Below, piece after piece: positions 1-9,400 of a stretch of 64,000 nucleotides of DNA. Made by a program: the position numbers and the translations under genes. This stretch comes from a virus. Taxonomy: Duplodnaviria; Caudoviricetes. Under the pieces are notes generated by a model. It saw only the letters and a list, made by a program, of their open reading frames with translations. It searched no databases and was not told the origin of the DNA. The stretch lies in IMG/VR virus record IMGVR_UViG_3300037067_013742, positions 64,001 to 128,000 of that record; one strand, 5' to 3'. Numbering within the stretch: position 1 is the first letter of the stretch; each line of letters starts with the position of its first letter.

Positions 1-2
1 TT

Positions 3-419
3 CAGGAGCGGTTTGTTGCCTATGCTGATGAATTAGATAGAGATGGAAAGTTAGTCAACTCTATGACATTTAGGTCCCAGGTCTCTAAGTTAGTAGAGTT
101 AGATCTCTACGACTATCGTCTGAGTCTCATTCTTGGTGGGGCCGGGGGAACCTCGGATGGATCTCTTCTAATTGAGCAAACAATTGGAATTGATAAGGAT
201 TCTCAAGAGGAGATAAAGCAGGTTCAAGATCATCCCGCATGGAGGATGAAGGTAAAAGTTCAACAGCAAAGGATGGAGCTTTTGGACTCCATGGGCCTTA
301 CCGAAAGAAGGAAGGCCGCTATAGACGCAGCCCTTCATCGTAACAGTGAAGAGAACTTCCTATCTAAGTCGATAGAACTTCTTGAAAGGATCGCCAAGAT
401 AGAGGAAGCTATGGGGTAG
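3..419 (+). CDS. Putative terminase small subunit (P27-like), 5'-truncated by the window edge
   Basis: The frame is open from position 3, upstream of the ATG at 63. The C-terminal HPAWRMK...MELLDSMGLTERRK resembles the (N/H)PA...lGLTP..R pattern of P27-family TerS. It lies upstream of TerL. Confidence 0.5.
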   Translation, partial: QERFVAYADELDRDGKLVNSMTFRSQVSKLVELDLYDYRLSLILGGAGGTSDGSLLIEQTIGIDKDSQEEIKQVQDHPAWRMKVKVQQQRMELLDSMGLTERRKAAIDAALHRNSEENFLSKSIELLERIAKIEEAMG

Positions 420-431
420 GACCATAGCTAA

Positions 432-3400
432 ATGCCTTTTAAGGGTTTCCTCTTCTACGATATCGAGACTCGTCTTCCATCAGGATACGATAAACCTTTC
501 TCTGAAAGTGCTAAGAGGGCCCATCAATTATGGGGCTTTCAGTACAAAGTAACCGGTCTCGATCCCGTTGAATCTGTTACTGAAAAGACCAGGATGCTCC
601 TGGCCAATCCTACTAAGTTCTTATCTCGTAATAAATCTAAAGAAGCTGAGTTCTCGCTTCTAAAGAAAGTTTCTCGTAAATTTAATCCAGACCTTGTTGG
701 GGTTGGCTGGAATAACCAATCTTTTGATGCCCCGGTTCTAGGACATTCTTTTGGAAGAGCTAAGGCTGGCGGGGCCTTTGCCAAAACCCGACAAGTAGAC
801 CTTATGGTCGAAGCCCAAAAGGCTTTTGAAAAGATCTATGGGTTTAAGGGTGGGCGACCCTTCTCTCTTCGTGCCTTTACTAATGACTTAATAGAGGTTG
901 TAACAGAGGGTCTATCTGTAGAAGACAAAGCCTTCTATCTTGCTAGATGGAAGATTAGTGGCGGAAAGGGAAAGATCGCCCTTCGTTCTGGTGAGGAGCT
1001 ATCTGGAGAGAACTACTGGAAGGCTTTAGGCGAAAAGGGAAAGGGAAGTGCTCTAAGAAGTGCTCATAAATATAGTATTAGAGACGTAGACATCCTTCCG
1101 TTCATAGAAGCTCATACTCGTCTTGCTCATCATGCAATAGACGGTTCTGTTGAAGTCAATATGCGGCTTCTAAAGAAGATGAAGAGGTATGAGCAGGCAG
1201 AAGCTGCCGTTAAAGCTTTCCCAGAGTTGTTCAATGGGTCTAATAAGAATGGCCCGAGAATTCAGCTTACTAGTGAAGAGACAACCGGTAAATCCTGGCT
1301 CTCTAAGTGGATGAGAGATGAGGGGAAGAGGGGAAAGCTTGGTCTTGTTACTGGAGATGTAGCGTGGATAGCTAACGATAGAAGAGTTGCTGGAAGTCGT
1401 TCGGGTATCGTCGCCGCGCAAATCAAGTACAGGGGTGAGTACCATCGTTTCGACTTAACCTCTCAGTCTGGCAAGTTGGGAATGTACCAACTTCAACAGA
1501 AGATGGCTTTGGAGATTGGAGATACTAGAGCTCTAAAGAATTTAGAGAAGAGGATTGCCCATCTTACTTACCAGACTCCCTTCTCGGCTATTAATCCCAA
1601 GATTGCCAAAGGTCCCGCTGCGAAGATAGGTACTCGTCTAGCCCGACGCTCTATCCTCTCTCCTGAACTAAGAGAGATTTTTAGTCTTGGTGGTGCAACC
1701 AGACGAGAGATGCTTGCTCCTCGTTTAGAGGGAATGCGGGCAGTAGAGATAGTTCAGAACTATCTGAAAAAGAAAGAGATTCCTCTACTTAGGACTGGAG
1801 ACGATGTAAGAAACTTCCTGGTAAGCAGGAAGATGAATGTTAGTGAAGCTACTAAAGCGGCAGAAGAAATTACCAATACTGGAAAACTTGGCTCATCTTT
1901 CCGTAAGGAGGGAATTGAGGGCGTCTATGTAGCTTCAAGAGAAAAATTAGCCTCTATGGGTTATAAGAAGCCTGGTCTAACTGGGGCTACGATAGCCGTA
2001 CATGAGGCTCTTGAGGGACAGATTAGATCTTCTGGTGGATTAGACGAGGCTTGGAAAACTGTTTCTAGTCATACTAGCCATCGAATTTATGGCGCCGAGA
2101 TGGAATTTGCGGCCATGCTCGGCCCCGATGCGGTTAGGGAGCTTTCTCTTAGAAGAGGTCGGGAGATTGCACAACTAGCTGGAAAGCTAGGGACTCCAGA
2201 GCTAAAGTCTGCTGAGAATTACCTAAGCAATCTGCCGAAGCTCTATCATCAGATCCTAACCAATCGCGGATATTCAAAAGAAGAAGTTTCTGAGTTTATC
2301 GAGCCGTTCCTACATGCTCCGATATCTGGGAAGGCTTCTTCTGTAGCCAAGGCAGCTTCTCAACCAGCAAAGTTAGGAGAGCAGGCTGCTCATACGCTAG
2401 ATGCTTTAGGTCCTGAGTCTAGACTTTTTAAGTTAAGTAAGGGTATTCCACTTGCTATCGGTACTGCTATTGGGGCGGATGTTCTTCTCTCTAAAGATAA
2501 GACTGGGCCATTTTGGGGTGGGGTTGCGGCTATTGGAGCCTTAGTGGGCTCTGGCTTCCTCGCCAAGGGGATGAGCGGCGGGAGGAGGGCTGGTCTTGCA
2601 GGTGCTGCCTACCTAGTCACCAGGCTTATTGTAGGTGGCATTGCGGGTAGTATGGACGCTGGCCATGATCCGGCAATTGAGGGTCTTAACGAAAGTGGGT
2701 TTGCGGGAACTCGTTCTCTTGAAACTGACTTTGGTTCTGGTTGGAAGGGACTAGCCAGTCAGAGACAGCTTCGTTCTATTTTTGCGGGGGATCATCACAT
2801 TAGTCTATTTGGGCCAGCCAGAGCCAGAGTGGGTTTAGCCAGTGCCCATAATTCAATTATAGAAGGTCTTCATGATAATGGCTTTAGTGCTGGTCTAAGG
2901 CATAGAACTACAGACTTTGGATCTGGATTCTCGCGGGCGGCTAGAACAGCAGTTGAAAAGCTCGGCAAGTTCTTTGGAAGAGCGAGGAGAGCAACTACTT
3001 CCAGTACAGTAAAGGCTGTCGAAACTATTATCCCTGAAGTCCCAGAGGGTTTTGCAAGAGCTCTTGATCGTACCGAAGAGGAAGCAAGCGTTATCTGGAC
3101 CAGTCCCGCTGCGCAAAGATGGTGGAACTGGAGAACTAGTCAGTCTGCTGAAAGGATAAACGAGCCAACTGAGGCCATTTTAAATGCCCTCCCTAATAAG
3201 CAGATTCCAAAGACTTTAACTCCAAGGACCTTAGGTGCTAGTGAGTCTCAAGTTATTTCCCCAGCACAAACAACTACCAAGTCTCTAGATAAGATTAGTG
3301 GTCAGTTTGCTAAAAGTCATAATCCGGAGATCATTCCTGGTACTCCCAAGAACCCGGTTTCTGGTGCGGGCGAACCAGTAAATGATGCTAAGTCATGGCT

Positions 3401-4823
3401 TAAAGCTCATAGGATGGGGGTCGGAATTACCCTTGGAGGTCTGACCGCAGCTGGATTAGTAGCTACTGGATGGAGCAGGGCTAGGGCTGATGAACACGAT
3501 TATGCTTATTCGTCTCCTCATGGAGCTTTATATCGGCGGTCACACCCTAGAGCTTTAGAAGGTTTTAGAGCTGGTGGTATGAACGAAAGTCGGAGGAGGG
3601 AATACTCTGACTTTGGTACTGGGCGTGACGCAGTTAGAGGTATAGCTCAGGCCCTTAAGGCAGTCAATGGCTCTGCTCGCAAGATTGGTAAGCGAGCTTT
3701 CCAAGAGTTTCTAGCAGAGCCAGAGTTCCAAGAAGCTCTTAGGACAGGAGAGATAATAGGGAAGCGCGGAGAGGGTGGCTTCGGCTCTGTCTACGAGATG
3801 AAGCAGGTTTATAAAGGTCATACTTTTAAGTATGCCGCAAAGGTTTACGACGACGCGTCTTCCCTAGAGGAAGAGGTTCGTTTTGCAAAAAAGCTTCAAG
3901 ACACTTATACCCCAACAATTTACGGTAAGGGGGAAACAACGACAATTGGTCGTCGGCCTGGTGATAAGCCGGGAAGTGTTGTTTTCATGGAACTTATCGA
4001 AGGCGAGACTGTTGAGCAAAAGATAGCAAAAGGTGAGCTCACTAAAAAAGCAGCCAAGAGTTTAAAGCAGGGAATGGCAGAGGCTCATAAGCAAGGGCTT
4101 GTTCACGGAGATCCCAACATCAAAAACTTTCTAGTAAACCAGTTTGACGAGACGATTATCATCGATGCTATGCCTACATCTTCTAAACTTCCGGGCTTAG
4201 GTGGAAAAACAGGTCACTACGCTAATGAAGTTGGAAGAGTGGCTGATGACTTATCAGTTGAGATGATACTTGGTCATTCGTCCGGTCAGGATATTGAGGC
4301 CTTAAAGCTTTCTACATTTGGAGCGGGGCAAGCGGTCCCTGGTATTATGCAAATGGCAAAGGACCCAAATAAATTCCATAAGTGGGCAACAGGTTTGGCA
4401 AGGGGTCAAAAGTGGGGGTCATCATTTAAAGAAGTTATGTCTCGAGTTTCTTCTCAAACAAGAGAGGCCATCAGGAGAAGTACGCCAGAAGCTTTTGATA
4501 TAGCTGAGGATATCGCCGCGAAAGAGCATTTATATAAAAAGCCAATTTCGGCAGGAGCTCCTCCAGTTTTAAAGAAGGGTGTGGGACAGGGAGATCTACC
4601 TGATTTGGCTAATCTGAAGAATGATCTCTTTATAGCAGAAAAAACCAGGGCTCAGGAGGCCAGTAACTATGCCCAAAGTGTAAACCTAAAAAGTCGAGCC
4701 AGGGAGCGATTACATCAGGCCGCAGTCGAAAGCCAACATATGAAAACTCATCGGTCTAGTCAGATGTCGCAGGGAGTTTCTCCGGTTATAGATAATAACT
4801 ATCTTGTAACTCCAAGAAGATAG
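432..4823 (+). CDS. Polyvalent protein: DEDD 3'-5' exonuclease-like domain, hydrophobic segments, 3 repeats, Ser/Thr protein kinase domain
   Basis: ExoI FYDIET, ExoII GWNNQSFD and degenerate ExoIII AHHAIDGS. Kinase motifs GEGGFGSVY (nt 3768), YAAKVY, VFMELIEG, LVHGDPNIKN (nt 4104) and IIID. Gly/Ala hydrophobic stretches lie between the domains. Confidence 0.8.
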   Translation: MPFKGFLFYDIETRLPSGYDKPFSESAKRAHQLWGFQYKVTGLDPVESVTEKTRMLLANPTKFLSRNKSKEAEFSLLKKVSRKFNPDLVGVGWNNQSFDAPVLGHSFGRAKAGGAFAKTRQVDLMVEAQKAFEKIYGFKGGRPFSLRAFTNDLIEVVTEGLSVEDKAFYLARWKISGGKGKIALRSGEELSGENYWKALGEKGKGSALRSAHKYSIRDVDILPFIEAHTRLAHHAIDGSVEVNMRLLKKMKRYEQAEAAVKAFPELFNGSNKNGPRIQLTSEETTGKSWLSKWMRDEGKRGKLGLVTGDVAWIANDRRVAGSRSGIVAAQIKYRGEYHRFDLTSQSGKLGMYQLQQKMALEIGDTRALKNLEKRIAHLTYQTPFSAINPKIAKGPAAKIGTRLARRSILSPELREIFSLGGATRREMLAPRLEGMRAVEIVQNYLKKKEIPLLRTGDDVRNFLVSRKMNVSEATKAAEEITNTGKLGSSFRKEGIEGVYVASREKLASMGYKKPGLTGATIAVHEALEGQIRSSGGLDEAWKTVSSHTSHRIYGAEMEFAAMLGPDAVRELSLRRGREIAQLAGKLGTPELKSAENYLSNLPKLYHQILTNRGYSKEEVSEFIEPFLHAPISGKASSVAKAASQPAKLGEQAAHTLDALGPESRLFKLSKGIPLAIGTAIGADVLLSKDKTGPFWGGVAAIGALVGSGFLAKGMSGGRRAGLAGAAYLVTRLIVGGIAGSMDAGHDPAIEGLNESGFAGTRSLETDFGSGWKGLASQRQLRSIFAGDHHISLFGPARARVGLASAHNSIIEGLHDNGFSAGLRHRTTDFGSGFSRAARTAVEKLGKFFGRARRATTSSTVKAVETIIPEVPEGFARALDRTEEEASVIWTSPAAQRWWNWRTSQSAERINEPTEAILNALPNKQIPKTLTPRTLGASESQVISPAQTTTKSLDKISGQFAKSHNPEIIPGTPKNPVSGAGEPVNDAKSWLKAHRMGVGITLGGLTAAGLVATGWSRARADEHDYAYSSPHGALYRRSHPRALEGFRAGGMNESRRREYSDFGTGRDAVRGIAQALKAVNGSARKIGKRAFQEFLAEPEFQEALRTGEIIGKRGEGGFGSVYEMKQVYKGHTFKYAAKVYDDASSLEEEVRFAKKLQDTYTPTIYGKGETTTIGRRPGDKPGSVVFMELIEGETVEQKIAKGELTKKAAKSLKQGMAEAHKQGLVHGDPNIKNFLVNQFDETIIIDAMPTSSKLPGLGGKTGHYANEVGRVADDLSVEMILGHSSGQDIEALKLSTFGAGQAVPGIMQMAKDPNKFHKWATGLARGQKWGSSFKEVMSRVSSQTREAIRRSTPEAFDIAEDIAAKEHLYKKPISAGAPPVLKKGVGQGDLPDLANLKNDLFIAEKTRAQEASNYAQSVNLKSRARERLHQAAVESQHMKTHRSSQMSQGVSPVIDNNYLVTPRR
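2676..3626 (+). repeat. Three copies of a ~24-aa motif (I/L)EG(L/F)xxxG(F/M)...R...(T/S)DFG(S/T)G at 2676-2744, 2859-2930 and 3555-3626
   Basis: IEGLNESGFAGTRSLETDFGSGW / IEGLHDNGFSAGLRHRTTDFGSGF / LEGFRAGGMNESRRREYSDFGTGR, read from the translation. Confidence 0.9.
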
Positions 4824-4836
4824 TCTTAACTAGCCT

Positions 4837-4845
4837 TGATACAAT
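4837..4845 (+). promoter_or_regulatory. Putative extended -10 promoter (TGaTACAAT) for the glycine-zipper genes
   Basis: TGnTACAAT in an AT-rich intergenic gap; SD GGAG at 4871-4874 before ATG 4882. Confidence 0.55.
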
Positions 4846-4881
4846 TATTTATATATCCTATACATAGTACGGAGAATTTGA

Positions 4882-5589
4882 ATGGCCTCAGCTAAAGCAG
4901 TTAAAGGAATAGGAACAAGGGTACTTGATTGGGCCGCGGGAAAAGTCGGTCCTCTTGTTGATAAGTATAAAGGAGCTTCTCCAGGATCGTTAGCTTTGGG
5001 AGTAGCTCGTGGAGCTCTGGGGTTCGCTGTTTCTCATCCGGCAGCTATGATGGCCGGAGCTGGAGCTATTGGTGGATATGCAACAACTGGAAACGCCGCT
5101 GGGGGCTTTGCTGGTGCCGGGATTGGCTATCTAAGTGGAAGAAAAGGTTGGGGGAAAAACGATTCTTCTTTTGCAAGGAGGATGGCTAGAGAGTCAGTTT
5201 ATTCAGCTCAGTTAGCAGTTGCCTCTCCAGAAGGTAGGAAATGGATGAGAGGGGGTGTCGCCGCTACTAGGAAGGCACACCCAAAAATAAGTAGAGGAGA
5301 AGCATTCAAGCGATTTGCCACATCACAAGGACGAGCAACCGGGGTTGACGTTGGTAGACAGTGGTCCATTCAACAAGCCGGCCACGTTAAGGGCTGGAGC
5401 CGAGGGCTTAAGATGGCTACGGTAGCTGGGGTTGCTGGTATTGCTGCTGGTGGAACCAAGATGGCTTGGGGTATTGGAACGGACGTTTTTGGTAGCCGTA
5501 AAACTGGTAATTCTTATGGAGCCGAGCGTACCAGTGGCTACGGAGCCTCTTTTAGCGGGATGGGTAATGGGATTGTTGGTGGGTACTGA
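4882..5589 (+). CDS. Gly/Ala-rich basic glycine-zipper membrane protein (possible ejection/pilot protein)
   Basis: GxxxG runs (AGAGAIGGY..AAGGFAGAGIGY; VAGVAGIAAGG), SD GGAG, stop overlaps the next start. Confidence 0.55.
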   Translation: MASAKAVKGIGTRVLDWAAGKVGPLVDKYKGASPGSLALGVARGALGFAVSHPAAMMAGAGAIGGYATTGNAAGGFAGAGIGYLSGRKGWGKNDSSFARRMARESVYSAQLAVASPEGRKWMRGGVAATRKAHPKISRGEAFKRFATSQGRATGVDVGRQWSIQQAGHVKGWSRGLKMATVAGVAGIAAGGTKMAWGIGTDVFGSRKTGNSYGAERTSGYGASFSGMGNGIVGGY

Positions 5590-6437
5590 TGACTGAACCA
5601 GTTATGCCGGCCGGAGTTAGTGCTGAAGAAGCTGCTGCCGCCCAGAATTGGGAGGCTATTCGTGGAAGAATTGGTAACTGGGGAGATAGTGTAGGTCGTA
5701 AGGCCTTTGGAATGAAGGGGGACGTTACTTGGGGGCAGCACTTTTCCAATGCGGCTATGCAGAGCCGACTTGTTGAAGCCGGTTATCTTACGAAGCCCGG
5801 TAGATTTGGTGTAACGAGAGCTCTTGCTAAAGGAGCCGGTCAGGGCTGGCTAAGTGCCTTCTTCCCTGTGTCTCCTCCTATTCCTGCTGGAGGAGCAAAA
5901 GCGGGGAGCAAGATCTTATCTGCACTTCCAAAGGCGTTAAGAGCTCCGGTGGGTATGGTTGGTCGAACTGCCTTAAAGTGGCTTGGGCCAGTTATAACGA
6001 CCTATCGACTTGCTACCGAAACAAAGGGGCTTGGAACTATAGGAAAGATAGATAAGTCCGCTCGGATCTTAGGAGAGGAGGGAGCTTGGGCTGCTGGCGC
6101 TGGCATTGGCGCTGTTTTGGGTTCTGTCGTTCCGGGTATTGGGACTATTGGGGGTATGATTGTGGGCGCTGGTATTGGTTACGTCGGTTCCAAGGCCTGG
6201 AACTTTGGTCTTGACGTAGCAGAGGCTCCAATCCGTATGGCAGCGAGAGGGTGGAATGCTCTTGAGGCCAAAGGTCGTCAAGCAAAGAGGTTAGAGTTAG
6301 GCGGGAGAGTATCTTTAGGAAATACTACTAGTGCTGCTGCAACAATGAGGCAGAGGGCTATTGGAGAGATCTATCGTTCTGGTATTAACCAAAGAAGTAT
6401 TCTTGGCAGAGAAGCTTCTTACATGCATACTCGATAG
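5589..6437 (+). CDS. Glycine-zipper membrane protein (possible ejection/pilot protein)
   Basis: GAWAAGAGIGAVLGSVVPGIGTIGGMIVGAGIG is a glycine-zipper hairpin; TGATG coupling to the upstream gene. Confidence 0.6.
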   Translation: MTEPVMPAGVSAEEAAAAQNWEAIRGRIGNWGDSVGRKAFGMKGDVTWGQHFSNAAMQSRLVEAGYLTKPGRFGVTRALAKGAGQGWLSAFFPVSPPIPAGGAKAGSKILSALPKALRAPVGMVGRTALKWLGPVITTYRLATETKGLGTIGKIDKSARILGEEGAWAAGAGIGAVLGSVVPGIGTIGGMIVGAGIGYVGSKAWNFGLDVAEAPIRMAARGWNALEAKGRQAKRLELGGRVSLGNTTSAAATMRQRAIGEIYRSGINQRSILGREASYMHTR

Positions 6438-6477
6438 TACATCAACCTACATCATTCCTATCGTAACTACAGTGGTG

Positions 6478-6493
6478 TGATACACTTTCTCTT
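6478..6493 (+). promoter_or_regulatory. Extended -10 promoter (TGaTACACT), predicted leaderless terL mRNA
   Basis: TACACT at 6481-6486 ends 7 nt before ATG 6494; no SD. Confidence 0.6.
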
Positions 6494-9400
6494 ATGAGTA
6501 CAGATGCTTCGACTATTTTTTCTGGGCGCATAGGAATTCCAAAGAACTTACATCCAGCTTGTGAAGCCTGTATTGCTAATGCAAGAGAGAAATATACTGG
6601 CTTTATGTCGGACGAGGGTACTTATCACAAAGACGGTTTTGCGGTAAATTGTCCCTATATCCCCCACGACGAAAAGTATTTTCCTGATAAGTTTAAATCT
6701 CAAATGTCTCCAGAAGAATGGGCACTAATGAACAGCCTTAAATCTCCTCTATTATGGGGAGAGGCTAATCTAGTAGACCCAGATAATGGAAAGCCTTGGA
6801 AGGCTTGGGATTATCAGAGGGCTCCTCTTCTTTGTGCAAGTCCTAGAAAATGTTATAGATTTGGTAGGAGAACTGGTAAATGTAGGACCCGAGATTCCGA
6901 TATAACTCTTGCTGATGGGTCAATCAACAAGATGGGAGATTTAGTAGGTCATACATTTTCGGTATGGTCTATAGATCCTAATACTTTTAAATATACGAAA
7001 GTGGCTGCAACGGCTTTTGAGAACGGGGATCAACCTTGTGTTAGGGTTGGAACAAAGTATGGTCATATAATCGAATGTACTCGAAATCACCCTTTTCTAA
7101 CTTGTGATGGTTGGGTTTCTGTAGAAACTGGCTTATCTATAGGCAATAGAATTGCGACACCAATTACAAACCCAAACATTGGGAGTGAGGTGTTTGATAA
7201 AAGGTTACTTTCTCTTCTTGGATATCTTCTTGGAGACGGCAGTTTTTATGATGGATCTAGTTTGGATGTTAGATTTACGGTTTCTATAGAAAGAGAGGAT
7301 GTTCTACAGCATTTTTTGTCTCTACTAAATGGAACATATCGTATTAACAAAAAAGTTCATAATAATTGTAATTGTATAGCTCTTCATATGGATAATGATA
7401 TTGTGTCTATTATCCAAGAGCTTGGGCTTAGGGGGAAAAACTCTCACACCAAATTTATTCCCCCTTTTGTCTTCAAACTTAATTCGGAATGTATTGTAGA
7501 GTTTTTACGACCATTATTTACAACAGATGGGTGGTCGGACAATAGAGGGAATATCGGATACTGCTCAGCATCAAAAGAGTTGGCCACTGGTGTTAAACGA
7601 CTTCTTTCAAGATTGGGAATCGTTTCATCTATAAGGATTAAAACTATAAAGAGTGGAAGGTATTCTGGAAACGAGTATTATACTGTAGACATATGTAACT
7701 ATTCTGAAACAAAAAAGTTCGAGGAGATTATTGGTCTTAAGTATAAGGGCTATAAATATTCTACTTCTTCAGATAGAAATTCTTATAACTCTCAGCTACG
7801 ATCAATGCCAAAAGAGTTTTCGTTTAAGTTTGCGAAGAAGTTAAGAAGGGTTGTCAACACTGTAAAACAACGGAATTCTTTTGGTTATATTAGAGAAGAC
7901 CATGCCGTTGGAAGAGAAGTTCTCACTAAATGGGCAGAAGATCGCCCGGAATATTTTAAAGATGAGCTAACGCTTCTTAATTCTGATCTCTATTGGGATG
8001 AGATTGTTTTTATTGAGGATATAGGAATAGTCCCTACAGTTGGATTAAGCGTTCCAGGAACAGAAAATTACGTAAGTGATGTGGTAGAGCATAACAGCAC
8101 GATCCTTGCCGTAGAGATTCTTTGGTATCTTTTTACTTCTGGTGGGGGAAGGCTACGCGATCCCGATACTGGTCGTGTTCGTCAAAATCTAACGGTAATG
8201 TTATTAGCTCCACAAAAGGTTCACGTAGATAATATCTTCCAGAGAATTAGAGCCTTCTTGACTCTATCTCCAAAGCTTTCTAATAACGTAGCCGCTTCTC
8301 GTCGTGGTTCCCCTCAATATATAGGTTTAAAGACTAAGGATGGTGGAGATGGAAATGGTGTTTCTGGCTTTGCTTCTGGAGATGCTTCTGGTAGTAAGGG
8401 ACTGTCTGGTCGTGGTCAGGACGCTGACTTAATCGTTCTGGACGAAGGAGCGTTCGTATCAGAAGACGTTATGATGAACGTCATTAACCCCATTCTTTAT
8501 ACTCGGCCAACTACATCGTTTATCGTCTCTTCAACTCCTTCTGGTATTTCGGGCGACTATTTCGAAAAGGTTTGTACTCGCAGACCAGACTTTGTAGAGT
8601 TCTATGTTCCCGCCTCGATGAGACCTGACTGGGATAAGGTTAAAGATCAAGTAAGAAAGGACTTCGGTTCTTCTCAAGATGAGTGGAATAAAGAGGTTAT
8701 GGCGGAGTTCTCTCCTGCTGGTATTGGTGTTTATAGAGACGACTTAGTAAAGCTCGCCCAGTCTGACTATGCTTATGGAGATATGCATCGTCATGACGGA
8801 TATATCTATACTTTTGGTATCGATTGGAATAAAGAGCATGGAACTGAGATTGCTGTAGTTGCAACAGCACGTTCTGCTCCTCACGTTTCGTGGACTGCCT
8901 TTACAGAAAACATTCCTAAGGAAGAGTTTACTACTCCTGCTGGCATACAGAGAGTTGTAGAGCTTAATAGGATTTGGCGACCTATGTGGATCTACGCCGA
9001 TGAAGGTGGTGGAGATGGCGCGGCAATGCTTCGTCATCACGGCCGAATGAGCGTTGGCAAGAACCCAATAGACGCCGTCCTTAAGGACATTGTTAAGTCC
9101 TACGATTTTGGATCTAAGCTTGAGATTATTGAGGCTGACGGGACAATGGTTAAATATCCGGCTAAACCCTTTATGGTGGAAAACTCCGTGAAGAAGTTTG
9201 AGCTTGGTGAGTTTAAATATCCTCGTGGTGACTTGCTTCTAACTAAGCAGTTGAATAATTATGTTGTTGATCGGCGTACCCCAGCCGGGATTCCCGTATA
9301 TGCTGTCAAGGAAAAGAAGTGGGGCGATCATAAGTTGGATGCTGTTAACCTTGCTCTTATTGCAGTTAGGTTAGAACTTCCGTCCTTTACTCAAGGGTCA

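Noticed and set aside
2676-3626. The repeats as a CRISPR array or DGR template/variable repeats
   Set aside because: Irregular spacing, protein-level conservation, no adenine-specific mismatch pattern, and no cas or reverse transcriptase gene in the window.
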